From Octopus bimaculoides (Eukaryota): 64,000 bases of DNA. The notes under the pieces were generated by a model. The model was not told where the DNA came from and did not search any database. It saw only the letters and a program-made list of their open reading frames with translations. The DNA is taken from contig NC_068997.1 of the NCBI RefSeq assembly GCF_001194135.2, positions 5,235,196 to 5,299,195 of the forward strand, in the 5' to 3' direction. Shown here piece by piece: positions 27,290 to 41,641 of the stretch (position 1 is its first letter; the number at the start of each line of letters is the position of its first letter). Made by a program: the position numbers and the translations under genes.

Positions 27290-27480
27290 ATTCTTTTTTT
27301 AACAAAGAAGCTTGGTCTTCTAGCTCACAAGATCTAAATCTATTTGACTTTTGGATGTGGGGTATCACTGAGGACAAGTGCAATGCAACACTTTGCAGAA
27401 GCTTTGTTAACACTGAAGACTACCATTAGGAAAACATTGAAGTCTATTAAAGCAGATGAAGTAAAGAGGTAATGCTCAAC
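27290..27480 (+). mobile_element. Tc1/mariner transposase fragment
   Basis: WSSSSQDLNLFDFWMWG resembles the WPP.SPDLNP.D..W catalytic-region motif. Confidence 0.55.
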
Positions 27481-27778
27481 CTTCCATGTTCACATTTAAA
27501 CAGTTTTAACTATTGATGAAAGTAAAGTAAACATGAAAGGAAAGTAAACATACAAAATTTCAAGCCTTCATTTTTTTCACCTTAGTTACAGGCTTTCCCA
27601 GTTACCTAGCCTGCATACCTGCAACTACACTGCATTGTCTTATATGACTGGTTTTGTTCAATCTAGTATGTCAAAAGGTGTAGATGTTGGCTCAATAATA
27701 CAAACCACAACTCTAAGATTGTTACATATACAACTGACTTTCCGTCCTTCTTTATCTCTCTCTCAACTTATGCATTAC

Positions 27779-27822
<44 letters not shown>

Positions 27823-29063
27823 TTATGCATTACCTCTCTCTCGCTCTCGCTCTCTCTCTCTGAAATGATTCAAGTAAACAAGTTGATAGAGGGAAATAAC
27901 TTTAAGACAAAATGGTCACATATTTTGATTGGAATACGAAATTTATAAATATTAAAAAAAACATTGCTGCTTTATATATCAAATAAATGTTATACAAACC
28001 TTCCTTGTGATTATTAACAATAGTCTATATCATTTTATGGTTATTCATTTTATAGTTGCTGTATAAAACACAATTTACATTTTATACATATTTAAGATAT
28101 AATTTTTCTTCATATCTTTCAGACATCAGTTTGGAAGGTATGCTCCAGCACATTGTACCACTGCCTTCTGATATCTGTGACATATATCAACAAAGAGACC
28201 TTCACAATCTGTGTTGTGTATGTATCAAGTTTCTTGACAGGCTTTGTTGATACTATTTCTACTGACCACACTTTGCAGGATGGCCTGGGTGCAGCCTATT
28301 GCAAGGTTGTTATACCAGAACTAAAGATTCCTAAATATTTATCCTGTAACAAAGTTTACTAACAGTTAACGCCCTCTCCTAGCTGGTTGACTTCACTGCA
28401 GCTTACAATATACACCGCCATTTCTTACAGTTTTTTCAAATGAACACTAATGCCAACCTCTTTAACTGCCAGGATCACAAAGTCTCAATACCCCAAAACA
28501 GATTTTATCCACAGTTGCTACTCTTGTATGAACTGCCTTCACAGTGGCTTGCAGAGACCTCATCTCACCAGTACAATTAATTTGTACATTGGGTTTGTTT
28601 GTCCAACTTCCTACATGATCAGCTTCACTATGCACGAGAAGTCATGTTTCTTGATGATGTCATGAGAGAAGGGGAAGGATTAATCAAGTGGTTGAATTTG
28701 GAAGCCTAAGGTTCTCAGCAACAATGGTTAACTCCATGATTGTGATGGGCCATTTAGTTACTACAAAAGGAGACAATGATGATAGTGTAAAACAGCTCGA
28801 TGTGAAGATTTGTAGGCTGAGGGAGAGTGATAATAGAAAGTGGAAAGAAGGCTGCCTACAATGTAATGTATAAATAAACAAAGGTGTGTTTAGCCAAGAG
28901 TAATTACTGGTGATAGACTAATGGCACCTGGGCTTCTGTTATCAAAATTATTGATGGGACAGAAGGGAGTGAAGGTAAAATACAGTGGTAGCTACCAATA
29001 CATACCAGCTTGTATACTGTGTGTAGTCATTTACAAACACACATACACACAGGCCATATAAAG

Positions 29064-30366
29064 ACGAGGGTGGGTTGAAAAGTTTCAAATGAAAGAGTGA
29101 TGCTAGATCTGTGAAATTTTGCATGCATTAATTTCAACCTTTCTTAATAACTGCATTGTTTCTTTCCAAGTAAACTAACATCTGACTTCAAAAGTAACTA
29201 GTAGCAACTTTAAAATGGACAAAATTTGGCATTGTGGTGTTATCAAGTACCTCCTGAAAAATTGTTTAACCCCCAATGACATTCATGCTAGCATTATTTA
29301 TTATTATGACCAGATTCCAACCAAGCTGACATGGTTGCCACATTAAGGGATGATGCCCTAGCTTTATCAACAGTGTAAAAGTGAGCAGGTGAATTTAGAA
29401 AAGGAAGGGAGAGTCTTGAAAATCACCCATGGTCTTGACATCCTGCAACTCCCACCACCAAGGGAAACATTGTGCTTACAACATGGTAGTAGATGACAGG
29501 TGGTTGACTATAATCAAATAGCCAACGCTATTAGCATATCCAAGGAGATAGATGAGAATACTCTGCACAATGGACTTGCATGACAAAGGTTTCTGCTTGG
29601 TGGGTGCCATGTCTTCTGACACCTGATTAAAAACATACCAAGGTGATCACATCACAACAAAATGTGAAACTGATTGAGGCAGGCCCAGCTGGTTTCCTTG
29701 AAAATTTCCTGAGCCAGGATGAATGTTGGGTTCATCACTTTGAATCAGAGACAAAGAAACAATCCATGCAAAGGAAACATCCCTCCTCACCTACTCCAAA
29801 GAAGGCCAAAGTCATTTCATCTGCAGGGAAGGTGGCGGCCTCAGTCTTTTGGGATGCAAAAGGCATTGTGTTTATTGACTTGACTATCTTCAAAAGGGTC
29901 ACATCATCAATGGAGAAGAGTGCTATGCCAATTTGTTGAGGCAGTTACAAAAAGCTGTCAAGTCCAAACACCTAGGAAAACTGATGAATGGGGTCTTGTT
30001 TCATCAGGACAATGTTCCAGTACACAAGTCCTTGGTTTCAATGGCTGCTATGCGTGGCTGTGGCTTTGAATTGGTTGATCACCCTCCCTATTCTACTGAT
30101 TTAGTCCCATCCGACTATCATCTGTTCCCCAACATCAAAGATACTTGGCTGGGAACCAGCATCACAGTGATGACCTCATGCTGGTTGTTGCTGACTTTTT
30201 TGACCAACGGGATGAAAGCTTCTTCACCAAAGGGAACCAAGCATTGCAACGCCAATGGAAGAAGTGTGTGAACAACAAGGGGGACTATATTGAAAAATAA
30301 ACCTCATTTGGTCACATTCCATGAGAATACTTTGGTCAGTGTATGAAATTTTCAGCCAAGCCTTGT
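29064..30366 (+). mobile_element. Full-length decayed mariner (D,D34D) transposon
   Basis: About 1.3 kb with TIRs (acgagggtgggttgaaaagttt / aaattttcagccaagccttgt). Transposase remnants DECWVHHFE, FHQDNVPVH, HPPYSTDLVPSDYHLF, with 34 residues between D2 and D3. Confidence 0.93.
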
Positions 30367-30687
30367 AGATATTTCAAGATGATGACTCAGCACAATGTAG
30401 AGTATATATTTATATATCTAAATGAAATACTTTCCAAGCTTATAAATGTTTCAATATATTAGTATTTTCCAAAGGTAAAAAATAAAAAGAACAACAACAC
30501 ATAAGTGTATCTCTGAAGCTATAGTTCTTAAAAGTTGTCTAACAAACATATTTACACCTACGCTATAATGGGAAAAAAAATCTGTTAAAAACACTAATAC
30601 TTAATCCTATGTGTAGATGAATAGAAATTTCAACTTAGTCATTATATCATTCTCAGTTATAATATTTTTGAACAAAAATAGGCAAAG

Positions 30688-30820
30688 ACACGGTTGTGTG
30701 GTTGAGAAGCTTACGTCCCAACCATGAGATATCAGGCTTACTCCTATTGCATGGCACCTTGAGTGACAAAGGCTGATAAAAGCTTTGTGTGTGGATTTCA
30801 TAAACAGAAACTGAAAGAAA
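30688..30820 (+). mobile_element. tRNA-derived SINE (same family)
   Basis: cggttgtgtggttgagaagctt...ggcaccttgag...ggatttcataaacagaaactgaaagaa. Confidence 0.75.
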
Positions 30821-31825
30821 CATGTTGTATATACACGTACATATGTGTGAGTGAATTCTTGTTGATGTCACACAAGATGGTTGTAAGAAGCAGTCATACG
30901 AACGATATTTTTGTTTCCAGTATTTTGTGAAAAACATATCTGGCCATGAGGAAATACTATCTTGCTTGGACAAAGGGGAATGGTTGGTGACAGGAAGGGC
31001 ATCTGGCCATAAGAAACCAGTACATTTTAACTCAAAAGAGCATAGAAAATTGGACATTAAATGATGATGATGGTAAATATTAACTGGCACTCCGTCGGTT
31101 ACAATGAGTGTTCCAGTTGGTTTGATCGGAGGAACAGCCTGCTTATGAAATTAACATGCAAGTGGTCTGAGTATTCCAGACACACATACCCTTAACTTGG
31201 TTCTCAGGTAGATTCAGCATAACACAGAATACAATATGGCTGGCCCTTTGAAATACCAGTACAACACATTTTTGTCAATGGACTGGAGCAATGTGAAATA
31301 AAATGTCTTGTTTAAGGACACAATGTGCTGCCAGGTATTGAACTTACAACCATACAATCATGAGCCAAATACCCTAACCACTAAGCCATGCACCTTCAGA
31401 ATGATGAATACACACACACACATACTTCCAAGTATTTGTATTTATATAAAACCGAACACATATATGCACAACACAGGTCCTTTTGCATGCAAGCAAATAA
31501 ACACCTCCTAATATAAAATAATGATGACACTACCAGCTCTTCAATATATTGCCTCTCAATTTCATTGATGGATTTTCAATAGATGAGAGAGAGATCTACC
31601 TACATATATTCTCTCATTATTCTCTGGCTATATTAAAATAGTCAGTCTCTCTTCTCTCTCCTTAATCTTGACATTTTAAAAAAAAAACGTGCTTGGGTGA
31701 TGGAATAACAAAAATGAGTGTATTCAAGGTAAAAAGTTTAAGACAAAACAAAAAACTACATCCAGTATACTAATCACGCGTTAGTACTGCTATGTTTATT
31801 CAACATACAATCACACATACACACA

Positions 31826-32615
31826 CGTGTGATTGTATGGAGTATTTGAAGAGGACATGCGTAAGCTCGCAAGGAATGAAGCCAGTATGCTCCGCTGGAT
31901 GTGTAATGTCAATGTGCATACCTGTCAGAGTGTAAGTATCTTGAGAGAAAAGCTGAACATAAGAAGCATCAGTTGTGGTGTGCAAGAGAGACGATTGCGC
32001 TGGTTTGGACATGTGGTGAGAATGAATGAGGATAGCTGCGTGAAAAAGTGCCACACCCTAACAGTTGAGGGAACCCGTGGAAGAGGTAGGCCCAGGAAGA
32101 CCTGGGCTGAGATGGTGAGGCAAGACCTTCGAACATTGGGCCTCACCGAGGCGATGACTACTGACCGAGACCTTTGGAAATNNNNNNNNNNNNNNNNNNN
32201 NNNNNNNNNNNNNNNNNNNNNNNNNNNNNNNNNNNNNNNNNNNNNNNNNNNNNNNNNNNNNNNNNNNNNNNNNNNNNNNNNNNNNNNNNNNNNNNNNNNN
32301 NNNNNNNNNNNNNNNNNNNNNACTGGCCTTTGTAGGGTTTTCGAGCGAGATCGTTGCCAGTGCCCCTGGACTGGCTCTTGTGCGGGTGGCACGTAAAAGA
32401 CACCATTTCAAGCGTGGCCGTTTTCGTGCAGGTGACACGTAAAAGCACCCACTACACTCTCTGAGTGGTTGGCGTTAGGAAGGGCATCCAGCTGTAGAAA
32501 CTCTGCCAAATTAGATTGGAGCCTGGTGTTGTCATCCAGTTTCACCAGTCCTCAGTCAAATTGTCCAACCCATGCTAGCATGGAAAGCGGACATTAAACG
32601 ATGATGATGATGATG
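31826..32615 (+). mobile_element. Young 5'-truncated RTE LINE with open C-terminal ORF and 3' tail
   Basis: MRKLARNEASMLRWMCNV...QERRLRWFGHVVRM...GRGRPRKTW uninterrupted. N-gap 32182-32321, then hairpin unit, tail and (GAT)n end. CpGs retained. Confidence 0.92.
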
Positions 32616-32779
32616 ATATTACTCTCTTCAAACCAATCAAGTTTTTTTTTTTTTTCTTTTCTTTCAAATCCCCCATAGCACATAAAATGCTAACACAAGA
32701 CATGAAAAGACATGCAGTCATTGTTGCCATATACACAAAACAGCAATTAAAAAATTTCCAACTTTCTAAATATTGCAAG

Positions 32780-33080
32780 ATCTTTTGTGCACAAAGTTCA
32801 AGTGGAATTGAAAGCTTCTGGCAGGTGTTTCAACTGTATCAGAGAGAAAAATGTGTATACTAGAAGGACATCACAATCCATCCAACAAGCTCAAGACATT
32901 ATTGATGATGACCCTGGAAAATCAATGAGGGCCACTGCCAGAGGACTTAAGGTGTCAGAGTGGATTATTAGAGCCATGGTACATGAAGACATTTGATACT
33001 AGAAGTATTAAGGAGAGGCCAATTCATGCATGTAAAGACACAAGAAAACTGTTTGATCCATGCCAAGGTTAAAAATCCTC
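32780..33080 (+). mobile_element. Tc1/mariner N-terminal (HTH) fragment
   Basis: IQQAQDIIDDDPGKSMRATARGLKVSEWIIRAMVHEDI resembles the mariner/Tc1 HTH region. Confidence 0.7.
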
Positions 33081-33934
33081 ATGAACATGGGTTAGACAAA
33101 AGTAATAGAGAATCTGTCACCATATATATGTGTGTATATGTAAACATGCATGTATAATTAAGTATATATTTGTATGTATGATATTTTGAGTTTCATGAGC
33201 TGTTTTCAATCACTTTAGAAACCAAAAGTGGTGTCACTGACTACAAGAAACACGAACAGAACATAAACTTCTATCATATTTAACATCTCTTTTTTCCATG
33301 CTGGCATGCATTGGAAGGTTTGACAGGGACTGATGAGCCAGAGAGCTACCCCAAACTCTAATGTCTTCTTTGGCATGGTTTCTACAGCTGGATACCCTTC
33401 CTGATGCCAATCACTTTACAGAGTATATTGAGTGTTCTGTGGCACCAGCACCAGTCAGATGACCAAGTACTTGCGAGACCTCTCAACTAAGTGGGCTAAT
33501 ACTGAAGGATGCGAAAGTATGATAGAGGGACAGGAACAGGTGTCTTGTTGAAGAGATTAAAATATGGCTTCCCCAGCTGGAAAAGAAAGTGAGAGTATAC
33601 CCTCAAGGTACAATGTGAATTAAAGAGAAAGAATAAAGATAAAGGAAAAGAGGTGGCTGGATAGTAAGTGTACAAATTGGAAGGAGTATGACATTTTATC
33701 ATCGGTCTATTAAAATCAGAGCTAGCCACACACACACAGACACCATTTTAAAATCCAATTTGAGGTAGATATTCTATGGGCGGATACCCGTCCTGTGCCA
33801 ACCATCACCTGTTTCCAAGCATAGTAATACTTCCTTATAGCCAGGTATGTTTTTTGTAAAATACTGGAATTGAATGACACTGCTTATATGAAAGTGACAT
33901 TCATTTACAATTATGATGTTAAAATAAGGACACA

Positions 33935-34090
33935 AAAACACACAAAGGCTTCTTTTATTTCCACTACCAAATGTACTCACAAGGCTTTGAATAACCCAGG
34001 GGCTATAGTAGACACAGGTTTGCCCAAGGTACCACACAGTAACATTGAACCTAAAACCATATGGTTGGAATGCGAACTTCTTAACCATAC
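33935..34090 (-). mobile_element. tRNA-derived SINE (same family)
   Basis: actcacaaggctttg...gggctatagtagacac...cccaaggtaccac...ttcttaacc. Further copies near 2715 (+), 3115 (-), 37620 (-), 51855 (-) and 63835 (+). Confidence 0.8.
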
Positions 34091-34168
34091 ACCTACACTA
34101 TACACACACATGTGCACATATTCGTACATACTTCTAACTAGTTATATGATATATATATATATATAGAT

Positions 34169-34206
<38 letters not shown>

Positions 34207-34959
34207 TGTAACTCATTGAATCTGAAGGAGGACCATGCCCATTGCCTTTGCAGGCCCTGAGACTGGTGAACGTCTTGTTAATGCTCTTGTGCAGATCAAC
34301 ACATTCAGGAAAAATATGAGAGAGGACTAATAATCTGGGGAGAAAGGACTACGCATAATGGTTAGTGCAGGGCAGGATGAAGATGCAACAAGAGTGACTG
34401 AAAGGTGGTTAGGTGTGTCAGGAATGACTAAGTAGTGGAGATACAAGGTCTGAGGAACAGAAGCTATTACGGTAGCATTAGAAAAGACAAGAGGAGACAG
34501 TATGCCTTTGAATTATTATCAGTTTCTATGCTAGGATAAGTCTGATGAGTTGCCATGGTCAGAGTCACCACAGTTGGGAACAATACTGACCTAAACAAGT
34601 GAGATGACTGCATCTTGCTTGTCAATTTCATATTTGGCTGGGTGTCTACTGCCAGGTGTCCTTAACACCAACCAATTTACAGAGTGAGGTGTATGAATAA
34701 GAGTGATGAACAATAGGGCTAATCAGTATTCTGAGACCTATTCATAGAAACAAAGTAATGTAATAAAAAAATGGAGAAAAACCAGGGTGAAGCAATTGAG
34801 GAAATAAAATGACAGAGGAAGAGGCAAAATGTGCAAGAGAAAAGCAGCAAGAGCATAATGGTAGACAGAGTGAATGGGGTAATGACTGTCAGTACAGGAA
34901 GGGTAAGGGTAAAGTATAGAAGACAATATGTCCAATGTTCTATATAAATAGACCATAAA

Positions 34960-36085
34960 ATGACTTTACTACCATTCTTGTGACTTTCAACTGCACTGTT
35001 GGCCAACCCTTCAATATTTTCTGCAAAATGCAATATGCTGAGGTCAGTCTTCACCAGTCCACCCCAAGTTTTTCTTGGTCTCCTTCTTCTAGGAGTTCTA
35101 TTGAGCACTTCTTTACACAGCAGTCATCGTCCATATTCTCCATGTGTCCATACCAGCATAAACTTCTCTCTCACATATGATATCCAATTTCTCTCGTATC
35201 CAGTTTGTCTTTCATTTCATTAATACTCCATTTGTGCACACTAATATTACAACTTTGGCAAAGCATATGTGCTTTGTTTCTTCTTGTTTTGCAAATCTTC
35301 TATATTCAAAGTCCACTTCTCAAATAACATGCAGAATCTCAATTCATACACATGCATTACACAATCTGCCCTTAGGGAACTGTCCAAATATTTTAGGTAG
35401 ACTATTCCCTGTGAGTTCTTAATACTCCCCATGCACCTGTCACATATGAAATCTTTCTTAGTCAGCTTGTGATCCTACTGCATCTCTTATATATCCATAG
35501 TTCATACTAAATACACTCTATAAATATATGGAATTCCTACAAACTCCTTTTCTGAGCAGGAACATTTTCCAGATGGAAGAAGAATCCTATTTTCTACCCA
35601 ACCTACTAATATTTTAGTGTTTACTAAGTTAACTTTAATGCCTTTCAATACTAGATTTTGCTTCTTTATCTGAAATCTCTTCTCTAGATTCACTGCTGGT
35701 TCATCTACAGTATATAGAGGTTCCCAGGGGCATCCAGTCTTAAACTCCTCTGTTACAGCTTGGAGGACCACAATGAACAGAAGAGATTTGAGGACAGCCA
35801 TTGCTGACTGTCACTTTGCTGAGAGCACCTCTATAAATTTGTCTGATGCTTTTCCTGACTTGTGTTTAACTTAGTGGAAGATGATCAGGTGGCTAGCTAG
35901 CTTCCTAAGTCAGTGTTGCAATTGGTTAGGTTATTCACATCACAAAACTCAATGAATCTCACCTCTTGATTCAGTGTACCAAAACCATATCCTCCATACA
36001 TGCCTGAGATGACATAGTTGCAAATGGCAATAGGATTACAGTCACCAGTTTCAAACAGGATCTGCAGAAGGGTCTCAGATCTCAA
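34960..36085 (-). mobile_element. Decayed RTE LINE fragments
   Basis: SLLFIVVLQAVTEEFKTGCPWEPLY (RT domain) and RRRPRKTWGGLVKTDL (C-terminus). Confidence 0.8.
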
Positions 36086-36631
36086 AAAAAGTTGTACTGT
36101 TAGTCATGAGATATCACTGTCAAATTATCCAAGCCTAAACCTAATTAGCCCATTGCATACACTTATCTGTATTATGTTATCTATCAATCTCTGTTAATAA
36201 TATTCCTGCTTCACCTACTCCATTCCTGCTACCCTTCCAGAAGAATTAATAGCTTTGTTTTTTTGTCTGTGAAGTAATCTTTTCTAACCATAATCTCTCC
36301 TGACCTTTCTTTTATTGAGCAAACATTAATGGTCACAGGAAATTATGACCTGACAGGAAGAGAAAGAGGATTTTCAAAGAGGATTCCTCTGGTCAGTGTC
36401 TGCTCATCAGGAAGCAATCAGAGGGACCTTTCATATGTTTGGATGCTCCTATCTTGTTGATATGCTATCAACACACACCAATAAATCACTATGACAAATC
36501 ATACAATCACCAATAATAAATATATATTAAGAGTGTTTGGACAGGTGATGAATACCATGAAGAGTAGACTTTGCTTCATGTACATTGTTGTTAACAATAA
36601 CATATATACAAGTATTTGTGTAGGTAAATAA

Positions 36632-36680
<49 letters not shown>

Positions 36681-39600
36681 AAAATAAAGATTAAGTCTAA
36701 GAACAGGATAGTATCTAAAGGAATTTCCAGAGTGTGGCAGCAGAAATGGCTGTAGTTTCCAAGGGAATGCACTGGGCAAAGTATATCAGAAATGGTAGTG
36801 GAGGAAGTAGGGTGGGTAGATGTACATCATAGGTAATTTGATAAGAAGAAAAGCCCAGCTAAATGAACAGTAATAAATTACAAATAAGAATGAAAAAGAA
36901 TTTGATAGATAAATATAAAGGAATGTTGTTATGGAGACTGTCAAACAAAGGAATCTCAGTCAAAGAGGTGCAAATGTTCAGTGAACATTTGTTCAGAAGT
37001 TGAGAAATCATTTCAACCAAGACTGAAAGGAAGTCATCTTTGTAAAAGATTACACATTGAGGTGCAGATGTAAACAGAAGTATAATATACCTAGCTGAAT
37101 GGCATATTTTTGTTTTAATAACAATTGAAAATATGATGTAGTCATAGAATGGCCATATATGTATACACACAACCCTTTAACAAACAGACAAAGATCAGAG
37201 TGTGACTGAAGGACAGAAACAGGTGTCTTGCTGTAGAGGAGATAAAGGTCACAGTAACTGCAGTTGCAAGTTAAAAATTAAGTTTCAGTAAACCATATAC
37301 TCTACAATATGTATTGCACTCCTCTCTCAGTTTACTTGGTCGCAATTTAATCATCATTATCATCTTTTTTCCATGCTTGCATGAACCAGACAATTTGTTG
37401 AAGCAGATTTTCTATGACCAGATACCCTTTCTGTTGCCAACCCTCACCTGTTCTAAGCAAAGTAATGCTTTGTCATGGGCAGACACATTTTCTTGGAAGT
37501 GTAGAAATACATGGAACCATTTGTATGATAGCAACACTTGTATGCAACTACCATATGTCAACACAAGGAAGCTAAACAGACACACACACAGAGGCAGACA
37601 TATATATTAATGTTTTATAAGTTTCTTTCAGTTTATGGTTACTTTACTCAGCCTAGGGCTATATAAAACACTTACCCAAGGTGCTATACAGTGGGAAGGA
37701 ACCCAAAACCACATGGTTGGGGATCTAATTTCTTAACCACACAATCATGCTTTTCATACACATATACACACACCATGATGGACTCTCGTTACTTTGATGA
37801 GTGATGGGTCAGCAAACCATGGAGGTCTGTAGAGAAACAACCATCCCCCCATGGCTGCCTGCATGCATGGTCAAATCTGAAAACTTCCAGTAACATCCTC
37901 TACTTGTTACTAGCTCTTTCCCTAGCACCACTGGAGTTATATTTTGTAGTGGTGGTGGTCATTCTGGAAGTACAGTAACCAAGTGAAGAACAGGTTTGAA
38001 AAGTTCAGGAAACTTAGCTCCACTGGCAATAAAGGTCCTTCAGTGAGAAGGGCCAATTGTATGATGCCTAAACTGCAGAAGGCTTACAAAATTAGAAAGA
38101 AATGAAGTATGCACCAAATGGACGTGAAATGTCAGTGTGCATGATTGCCAGATTACTACTGAGAAGAAAAGTAGGAAGAAGAGGAATCAGATGCAGGATA
38201 GACAGCTGGGCTGGTACAGGTAGTGTCTCACACAACTCCTACAGCATTACTACCGATAGCTTAAAAATAGCTCAATCATTTAAATGTGAATGTGATATAG
38301 CACTGAAAAGGAGTTGGTGAATGAGTTAAGATATCCAGCCACAAAAAACATGCCAAGCTTTAAAATATTCCCTCATTGTCTATAAGGGCAATGGCACTGA
38401 ATAAAAGCTAACTCAGACCGTAATGACATGTCCAATCCATGCCAGCATGGGAACTTTGTTCTTTCACATGTAATTCCAAAATACAACATAAAATATAAAC
38501 CAAAACCACTCTGCTGATATTTTCAAGGTAGAAATCAACAGTGTTAACTAAAACAATGAATTTAACTTTAGCCAAATTTTTTTTTTTAAAGAAAAAAAAT
38601 ATCTTTGTTGATCTAATGTTAGATAGACACACTGGTAAAACAGGAAAATAGTATAACTTGATGAAACATTTCTCACAATTAGCTATATAACAACTCTGTC
38701 TTTTTTTTTTTTTGCATATTGCTCTGAAATTTATAACATTCTCAGGCAATGTGTGTTAAATTAATATATTGAATTTTCAGAGTAACATGAAAAGGAATTT
38801 CTAATTTTGAAAATAGGTCAACCCTTGAAATTAAATTCAGAACTTTAAAAAAAAACAGATTTAAAAAAACCTACACACTCCATATTTATTGGCATATCTG
38901 TAATCTTGTGACCCTTCCCTGTCCTTTTAAAGAGTTCATGTATATCTTTCCCTTTTAAGGATTAAATGTTTTACCAGGACCTTTTCCAGGTTTAGTCCTG
39001 TAAAGGAGTTTGATGAGAATTTACAGAGACTTCATTTTGAAGATCAAAAATTGAGACAAATGGTATAACATTGTCCCTACTCCTACATTTGTTTCAAAGT
39101 CTTTGAAGTTCCTAAATGTCAATTTGCTTCAATCTTTAAATTGCATTATTGATTAAATTCGAAGTGTATTTCCTTTACCTACTCTAGTCTATAATTTCTT
39201 GCTGAAGGATTGAAACTATTGTTCAAATTTGCTGGGGGTTTTTTTGTATGTCCTGGACTACATTTGTTTTGTAAGACAGCAGAAAATATGATGCAAGGGA
39301 AATATGGTTTCTATTCCTAGTAATTCAAGCAACTACTCAGAAGAAGAGCCCTCACTGGCTACTTACTGTGTAGAGATTCCTTCAGTTGTTGCATAGGATC
39401 CATCATTAGAGGATCTCCTCACTGACTATCATGTACAGGCCCAGTTGGCTCTGACCAAGGAGATCTATGATAAAATGTATTTCAGTAATGTTTGTCCTTT
39501 CATTTTGTATATTAGGACTACATTTTCATTATGTCTTTCAAGTATCTTGAGACTGTCAGTGTTATGATTTGAGAGGGATGTGGTTGTTATTTCTAGGCTT

Positions 39601-39885
39601 TCAGAGGCTTTCTTATTAGTTTGTGACTCTTGTAGATCTTCAGTTTAACATCAATGATTGACCAAAATTATGATAAAAAACTATCATTTCACTTTCTGAG
39701 ACAGTAAACTGAGAACCACAGGATCCAAAGAATATCCCCTATTCAGGTAGGACATGGACACACACACATGTGTGTATCTACATATCTGATAATGTAGGTT
39801 TTGTCCTTGTTTAGTTGAGTTTAGGCCCTAACAGATTAGATCTATAACTAAAGAGAGTACAAGCATATATATATATATATATATA

Positions 39886-39985
39886 NNNNNNNNNNNNNNN
39901 NNNNNNNNNNNNNNNNNNNNNNNNNNNNNNNNNNNNNNNNNNNNNNNNNNNNNNNNNNNNNNNNNNNNNNNNNNNNNNNNNNNNN
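39886..39985. other. Assembly gap (100 N). Other gaps at 11407-11416, 15360-15369, 32182-32321 and 63156-63165
   Basis: N runs in the sequence. Confidence 1.
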
Positions 39986-40016
39986 TATATATATATAGAT
40001 AGATATATATATATAG

Positions 40017-40048
<32 letters not shown>

Positions 40049-41641
40049 CGAGAAAGAGAGAAAGAGAGGGAGAGATAATAGTTGACAAATTAGATTATGG
40101 ATTAGAAGGGGCAAAATCAACTGGAAAACGGTTCCAAATGCTATTCTCGTATAAACAATGTAATTAACCTTGTATTCTCCCTCTCTCAAGCTACTACATA
40201 TAAAACAAACAAGGGTCAATGATCTTTATCAAGGCCATATTGTTTGTATCCACTGATAAGTCCTTCATAAATCATAACAAACCAAGCACTGGACCGTGGC
40301 ATTTATAAGATTCCTAGTGGTTAATTAAAGAATCTCAAATGGTGGCTAGTTTTTAAGTCATAGATTAAAATTTGTTCAGACACGAAATATTAAATGTGTA
40401 AGGAAGCTTCGAAAAACAACACGGCGTACTAATCATTATTATAAATATTCATTATATATAAATGTATTGATCTTTACAATTAGTGCAGTTAAGTGTCACT
40501 TTGTCACGTATTCATAATAAATAATAATATTGACAGTTCTTGCTTTCACTTGGCTTTACCTCAACCATGAAAAGGGTTTCTATTTTCAAGAATGAGAAAA
40601 CGGGCACCAAAAAACAGCATACAAGCTCTAGAGGATTACAATGATTTTCTGAAATAAAAAAATGAAGCTAAATGTGTTTCTAAATTACTATTTTATTTCT
40701 ACTCTTTACTATAGAATTAAAACATTTTAAGCTAATTACATCAGAATCATATCAAACTGTCATTTTTGTTTCTTATCACACAGACAAACCAAATAAAATG
40801 CTAGAGGTTAGCAAAATAAAACATATGTTTGGTTGGAAACGGACGATAGTTTACACTACCAATGTTCTCTTAGTCCAACAAACAGAAGGGGGAAAAAATC
40901 TTTTATCCACAGAAATATCTGAAAAGAATTAACAGCATGCATCTAGCCAGAATGCGACGATTAACGAACACCTAAAACACAATATTAGGCAAAGCACAAC
41001 ATTGAAAACACTTAGCCAGACTAATATACCTATCAATTTACCATAAGCACCTACTAACTTGGAGAAAAAGAAACATATTCGGAATTTCTTGAGAATAAAT
41101 TATTCAGCAATAATCAATGTAAAACAAAGATGACATTATAAAGAAAGATAATTGAAAAGGTGGGGAGTAGGAAAGATAACAAGACAAGGCTGCAGATTGG
41201 GGAGATTTCTTTTTTTTTTTGTTACTTTTTAGACACCTTACAAATATCTCCATTTGTGCCAACAGATATGAAGCAGAGAGAGGAACGGGTTTAAAATAGT
41301 GAAGTATTTATGCCTCATTCAAGAGCAACGACCTTAGTGAAAATGGTTCTCGCAGCAATTGACGAACGAAGCATGCGAATATTTTATATACACGTGTATA
41401 CAAGAATAAATTTAGAGACAGGGGTCTTAAATGTTTCCATAAAACGACACTCGTCATCCGGTAACGTTCATGCCTCTCCCAAGGACGTCCATTAGCGATG
41501 TAGGTGAAACTGAACAATAACAGTACACGCGCGCGCACAAGTCTTTCTCCCTGTATAGAGTACACAAACATACAATCAATTAAATTAGTGCAATCACACC
41601 AAACATTTACAAAGACAGAGATACTGGAAATAGTACAGTGG

